This document shows, in pieces, positions 27,592 to 30,500 of a stretch of DNA of 30,500 bases. Each line of letters starts with the position of its first letter. The stretch's first letter is position 1. The DNA is taken from the NCBI GenBank assembly GCA_030141605.1, contig JAQGDQ010002457.1, forward strand, positions 1-30,500, written 5' to 3'. The translations under genes were made by a program, and so were the position numbers. The stretch is from Tubiluchus corallicola (lineage: Eukaryota > Animalia > Priapulida). The notes under the pieces are model-generated. The model searched no databases, was not told the DNA's origin, and was given only the letters and a program-made list of their open reading frames with translations.

Positions 27592-30500
27592 TCAAACAAG
27601 AGCAGGTTCAATTTTAACTTTGGTGTCCGATGCTGAAGTCATGCCCCTAGCTATCCTTGTGGGTCTTGCTGTTGTGAGAGTGTTTGCATTGCCTCCAACA
27701 TCCACCATATTGCCGCCACCCTGATCAACCATCCAACGCCAAGCTCCCTGCCCTATCGCCAAGAGCCTCGGTGGAACCCTGTTTGTAACAATGGCAGATG
27801 CAAATATAGCCCCTCTATCATTTGATATCCTTACCCTGTTGCCATTTTCTATACCAAACTCATTAGCATCGTCGGGATTTAACCACACCGGTTCGTAAAC
27901 ATGCTCTTCCCATACGTTACTAAAATCGCTATCCTCATACTGTGCGTCATCGATAAAGGCGCTATTGCCGTGCTGGTCTTTTTTATAAAGCTCTGTCAGA
28001 TAACTCACTTTGTTCAGTGTAGAGTGAGAACGGTACATTATGTGCCAGGTCTGAAGAGTAAATACATAATCGGAAGCGTCAGTATCTAGCGGATCGGGAT
28101 GAGGGTAGGTGGTATTATTTGCATGACGCCCCTCTATCATCGGTATGTACATCGGTATAGGATATACGTAACGCGCTTGTTCTTGCTCATCGCCAGCATT
28201 GTCTGCGTATTGTCTTGTATATCGTTCCATTGTTCTCTAAGGTTATGGTACCGTCAAGGTTTGCGTGGTATCTGGCCTCATAATCTTCCACCAAACCCAG
28301 GCAATAAGCTTCAAATTTTCCGGAAGGGGTGCCTAACGGGTTATTTTCCGGATCATCGCGAAAACTTTTGTGCTTTATGATAGGATCCCTATTGTCGGCA
28401 CCAATTCTGATAAGCCCAGCTTTGTCCCTGTCTCTGTATCTTGATCTATACGGTTCGTCCAACGTATCAACCCAGGCATTCCATTTTTCCAACGCTACAG
28501 TCTCAGGATCACCATGGTCTCTATAATCTTCGCCTCTGCCGAGACCATCGGCGATGTGTGCTCCTATCTCGTATTCATGCAGAGCATCTCCCGGAGGATC
28601 CATAACCTTTGGCACCACTACAGCCTCTTCGCTAAACCAACCGGTAACTCCGTTAGAGCTCTTCTCCAAAGCCATGGCCCCAGGAAGAACATAGTCGGAA
28701 TACCTCGCGGAATTGGTCATGAAGTGATCCGATGTTACGATGAGTTCCAGCTTGTTTCTGTCTACCACAATGCTCTCCATAAGACCCAAATCACCTGTCT
28801 GGTTGGCGAGTATATTGCCGCCAAAGTTCATCAAAGCGCCTATCTTGTATTCATCCACAATCTTTTTAATTTGACCGTCATTCCAACGTGATTCCCCTCC
28901 TACTGTCGCGGTACCGCTCTTGTCCACGATATCCGACCACAGAAATACTGGGTATGTATACTTTGTGCCATTTTGGTTGTAACCGGGCAAGGTCTGATTA
29001 TCTGTGTTGAAAACTTTACTGACCTGATTGCCTAGGTTGTCTAAAACGGCTTCTCCTTCAGCATCCCACTCTCTCAAAGCATCCTTTTGAGCGGGCAGTC
29101 CACTTGACATATTGTTTGTACCGGTATTGCCTGCTCGACTGGACCATGGTCTCATGCCGTAGCTGCGCCCCTCTTTTCCAAAATGACCCGCAACTGCCAT
29201 CATTATTCTCAATAACCAAACCCCCTGCTCCGCTTCGGTGTGGCGTTGCATGCCCGTGCCAACGGGGATAAATGTCTTGGTGTTTGCTATAGTTGTTGCG
29301 AGCTCTTTAATATCTGCTTCAGCCATACCACTGATGCCTGCTGCCCAGGCGGGAGTTTTTGGATTTTGACCATAGATGTTGCTCCTCGCATTCTCAAGGG
29401 GATCGCCTGCATTTACTTCATAGCCTATATTAGCTGGGTATACAGATATCCCTCTATTTAGCGCCGTGCTGTCATCACTAAATCTAGCTAATGTGAGGCG
29501 GTTGTCAGTACCCATAACATATGCACTCAAAGAACCTCCGCTCGGAACAGCCTGATAGGTGGCTATATCATCGTTACTTCTGACATAAAACTTGTTGTTT
29601 GACGGATTATCTTCATCTATTGTCGTATTAAATTCGTTGTAGTTTTCTGTGAAGGAGTTGTCAAAAAAGCCGTGCACGTATTTGTCTATGAAGTCTGCAG
29701 GGTTTGTGGTGTCTCCATCCTGCTTCAACAGGGGATTGGTCTTTAGGGTTCCGTTTGTGTTCCATGTCTCTGTAATCCAGTGGTAAAGGATCGCAAGAAC
29801 TACAGCTGCATCTGTGCCCGGTATAACTGGATAAACTTTGTCAGCCAATGTTGCTGCAGTTTGTGAAGTCCTGGTCTCAACTGATAGAATATCTACACCA
29901 CTCTCTTTAGCTTTTGTCCAAAAATAGCCGGTTTGAGAACCCCAGATATTTTCTGTGCCGTTGTTGCTCCACAGTATTATTGTATCCGCATTTACGAGGT
30001 CTTCTCTGGAGTTACTTTCCGGTATGTAACCTTGTCCTTCGATGAATGATGTAACATGATCTATGCTGGGCCAGCTGTAGTCATCCCTGTAGTTTAATAT
30101 ATCAAGGCCTGAGAGCCTTCCGACTCTAGACAAGCAGCTGCCCGTCCAACCGGTGCTGTCTCCGGATGCGTACAGCCTGTGAAAAAGCTGTGTATTTGAA
30201 TCCATACCTTTGATTTTTTCGCCAATTTCTTTGCCCGCCTGCTCCCAAGTTATCGGTTTAAAGCCGGTCATATCTCCGCGCGCTCCAGTCTGCTTTAATG
30301 GCGTCATCAAGCGATCTTTCCTATACCACCACTCTCTCCTAGAATGACAACGAACACAGGAGCGAAACTGAGGGTTATAGTCCTCAAACACATTATCAGG
30401 GTCTGGCGTATTGTCCAAGCTCTCCTCAACAGTAGTGATCCGCTTTACAACTCCATCCTTCACCCAATATTTACTTACACAACGACCGCCGCAGTTGTGC
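27592..30500 (-). CDS. DmsA-like Mo/W-bisPGD oxidoreductase catalytic subunit (2); 5' end outside window; apparent frameshift near 28210
   Basis: The last bases of the window read HNCGGRCVSKYWVKDG in frame with ORF 28187-30463 (ITWEQA, DDYSW, PGTD, KTPAWAA, SDYVLP, TPSGKFE). ORF 27592-28230 supplies PIPMYIP, RSHST and the C-terminal domain, collinear with paralogue 1. Confidence 0.9.

Noticed and set aside
28187-28230. Split catalytic subunit, programmed frameshift or selenocysteine at the TGA of ORF 28187-30463
   Set aside because: The continuation is in another frame, so it is not read-through. There is no slippery heptamer, the paralogue is continuous here, and similar indels elsewhere in the window point to sequencing error.
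735-29461. Many short antisense or alternate-frame ORFs in the track
   Set aside because: They lie over well-supported genes and have no recognisable motifs, so they are treated as shadow ORFs.

Overview
Bacterial chromosomal window, gene-dense, with no RNA genes, CRISPR array or mobile element seen. The host is probably an anaerobic diderm; a Deferribacterota-like origin is only an impression. Left half: minus-strand housekeeping run (Gld-like ABC system + DUF4340-like gene, tmk, holB, ricT/PSP1, metG, partial tatD) and hypF. Next is a plus-strand run: rsmF-like methyltransferase, a Csd6/Pgp2-like and Csd4/Pgp1-like peptidoglycan-trimming pair, thiE, thiL. A minus-strand gpgP-gpgS-like compatible-solute pair follows, with an apparently leaderless promoter. 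Right third (19165-30500, minus strand) is the most unusual part: DmsA-like(2)-DmsB(2)-radical SAM-TorD-polyferredoxin-DmsA-like(1)-DmsB(1)-terminator-TorD-triple-Kazal lipoprotein. Both catalytic subunits carry CxRC instead of CxRG in the FS0 region, and the complete one lacks the first FS0 Cys. Both DmsB proteins lack one Cys, predicting a [3Fe-4S] cluster, and no membrane anchor is present in the window. Several genes (hypF, M99 peptidase, DmsA-like 2, probably the thiE 5' end) are broken by small indels, mostly in short homopolymers, most likely sequencing errors.
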